DNA from: Bacteriovoracaceae bacterium
GTDB lineage: Bacteria; Bdellovibrionota; Bacteriovoracia; Bacteriovoracales; Bacteriovoracaceae
NCBI GenBank assembly: GCA_041586955.1
Contig: JBFGZE010000075.1
Location: 1 to 17,423, forward strand
Direction: 5' to 3'
Length of the DNA stretch: 17,423 nt
A program made the position numbers and the translations under genes. Of the stretch, positions 17,018 to 17,423 are shown in pieces (the first letter of the stretch is position 1; the number at the start of each line of letters is the position of its first letter). The notes beneath the pieces are model-generated. The model was not told the origin of the DNA and did not search any database. It saw only the letters and a list, made by a program, of their open reading frames with translations.

Positions 17018-17423
17018 ATGAAGAATTCTAAAAAGCACCTTTCTATTTCGAATAAATTTGGTTTTATGGCCGGGTCCATGGTGCTACTTATTTTCATTAA
17101 TTTAGGAACCCAATTTTATACAAAAAAAGTTAACGATAAATTAGAAGCAATAGAACATTATTCAATGGAATCAGTTCAGGTTGCCAATCGCCTTAATGTC
17201 GCCATGTATGAGATGCTTGTCGATCACAAAGATCGCTTTGATGATTCTTACACTCTGCAAGTCAAGAATGATACGGAAAGACTGGACCACCTCCACCGGA
17301 CGATCTCCTTTTATATTAATAAATATCAAAATTATTGGTGGCTCCAAGATCAAAAAAACTTTTCTGGTTATGGATATAGATGGAAGGAACATTTATTACC
17401 TAGATTAAAGCATATCATCAAAG
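17018..17423 (+). CDS. N-terminus of a membrane-bound sensor (histidine kinase or chemoreceptor-like); runs off the right edge
   Basis: Open frame from ATG 17018 after AGGAAGGTGG. MKNSKKHLSISNKFGFMAGSMVLLIFINLG gives an S-I-x-x-K start and a TM helix, followed by a helical extracytoplasmic segment. The output domain is not in the window. Confidence 0.65.
   Translation, partial: MKNSKKHLSISNKFGFMAGSMVLLIFINLGTQFYTKKVNDKLEAIEHYSMESVQVANRLNVAMYEMLVDHKDRFDDSYTLQVKNDTERLDHLHRTISFYINKYQNYWWLQDQKNFSGYGYRWKEHLLPRLKHIIK

Noticed and set aside
17171..17408. Track ORFs 17171-17392 and 17181-17408
   Set aside because: Shadows of the longer open frame starting at 17018.
1..17423. CRISPR arrays, tRNA/rRNA, IS elements, long tandem repeats
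   Set aside because: None seen by eye. Small structured RNAs cannot be excluded without an Infernal/Rfam scan.

Overview
AT-rich bacterial chromosomal window with no rRNA, tRNA, CRISPR array or mobile element seen. The gene content and sequence style suggest a Gram-negative, possibly Bdellovibrionota-like host, but that is inference only. From left to right: (1) a subtilisin S8 protease with C-terminal Ig-like repeats, cut by the left edge and missed by the ORF track; (2) a secreted hypothetical protein; (3) a persulfide dioxygenase plus two YeeE/YedE half-transporters; (4) an unannotated 57-aa secreted two-Cys peptide; (5) a DUF3524 glycosyltransferase resembling GTDC1/QTMAN; (6) DUF4266 and DUF3570 genes followed by a ~450-bp scar of decayed apbE and TlpA-like sequence; (7) a HelD-like SF1 ATPase followed by arsC; (8) a purine-catabolism cluster, allB-alc-uraD-uraH, with a convergent puuD; (9) a small HNH nuclease; (10) the start of a membrane sensor cut by the right edge. 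The main finding is puuD. Its membrane urate-oxidase domain has no CxxCH cytochrome c domain. It is instead fused to a domain carrying an amicyanin-spaced type-1 copper motif (H438...C476-x2-H479-x2-M482), making it a candidate blue-copper-coupled membrane urate oxidase.
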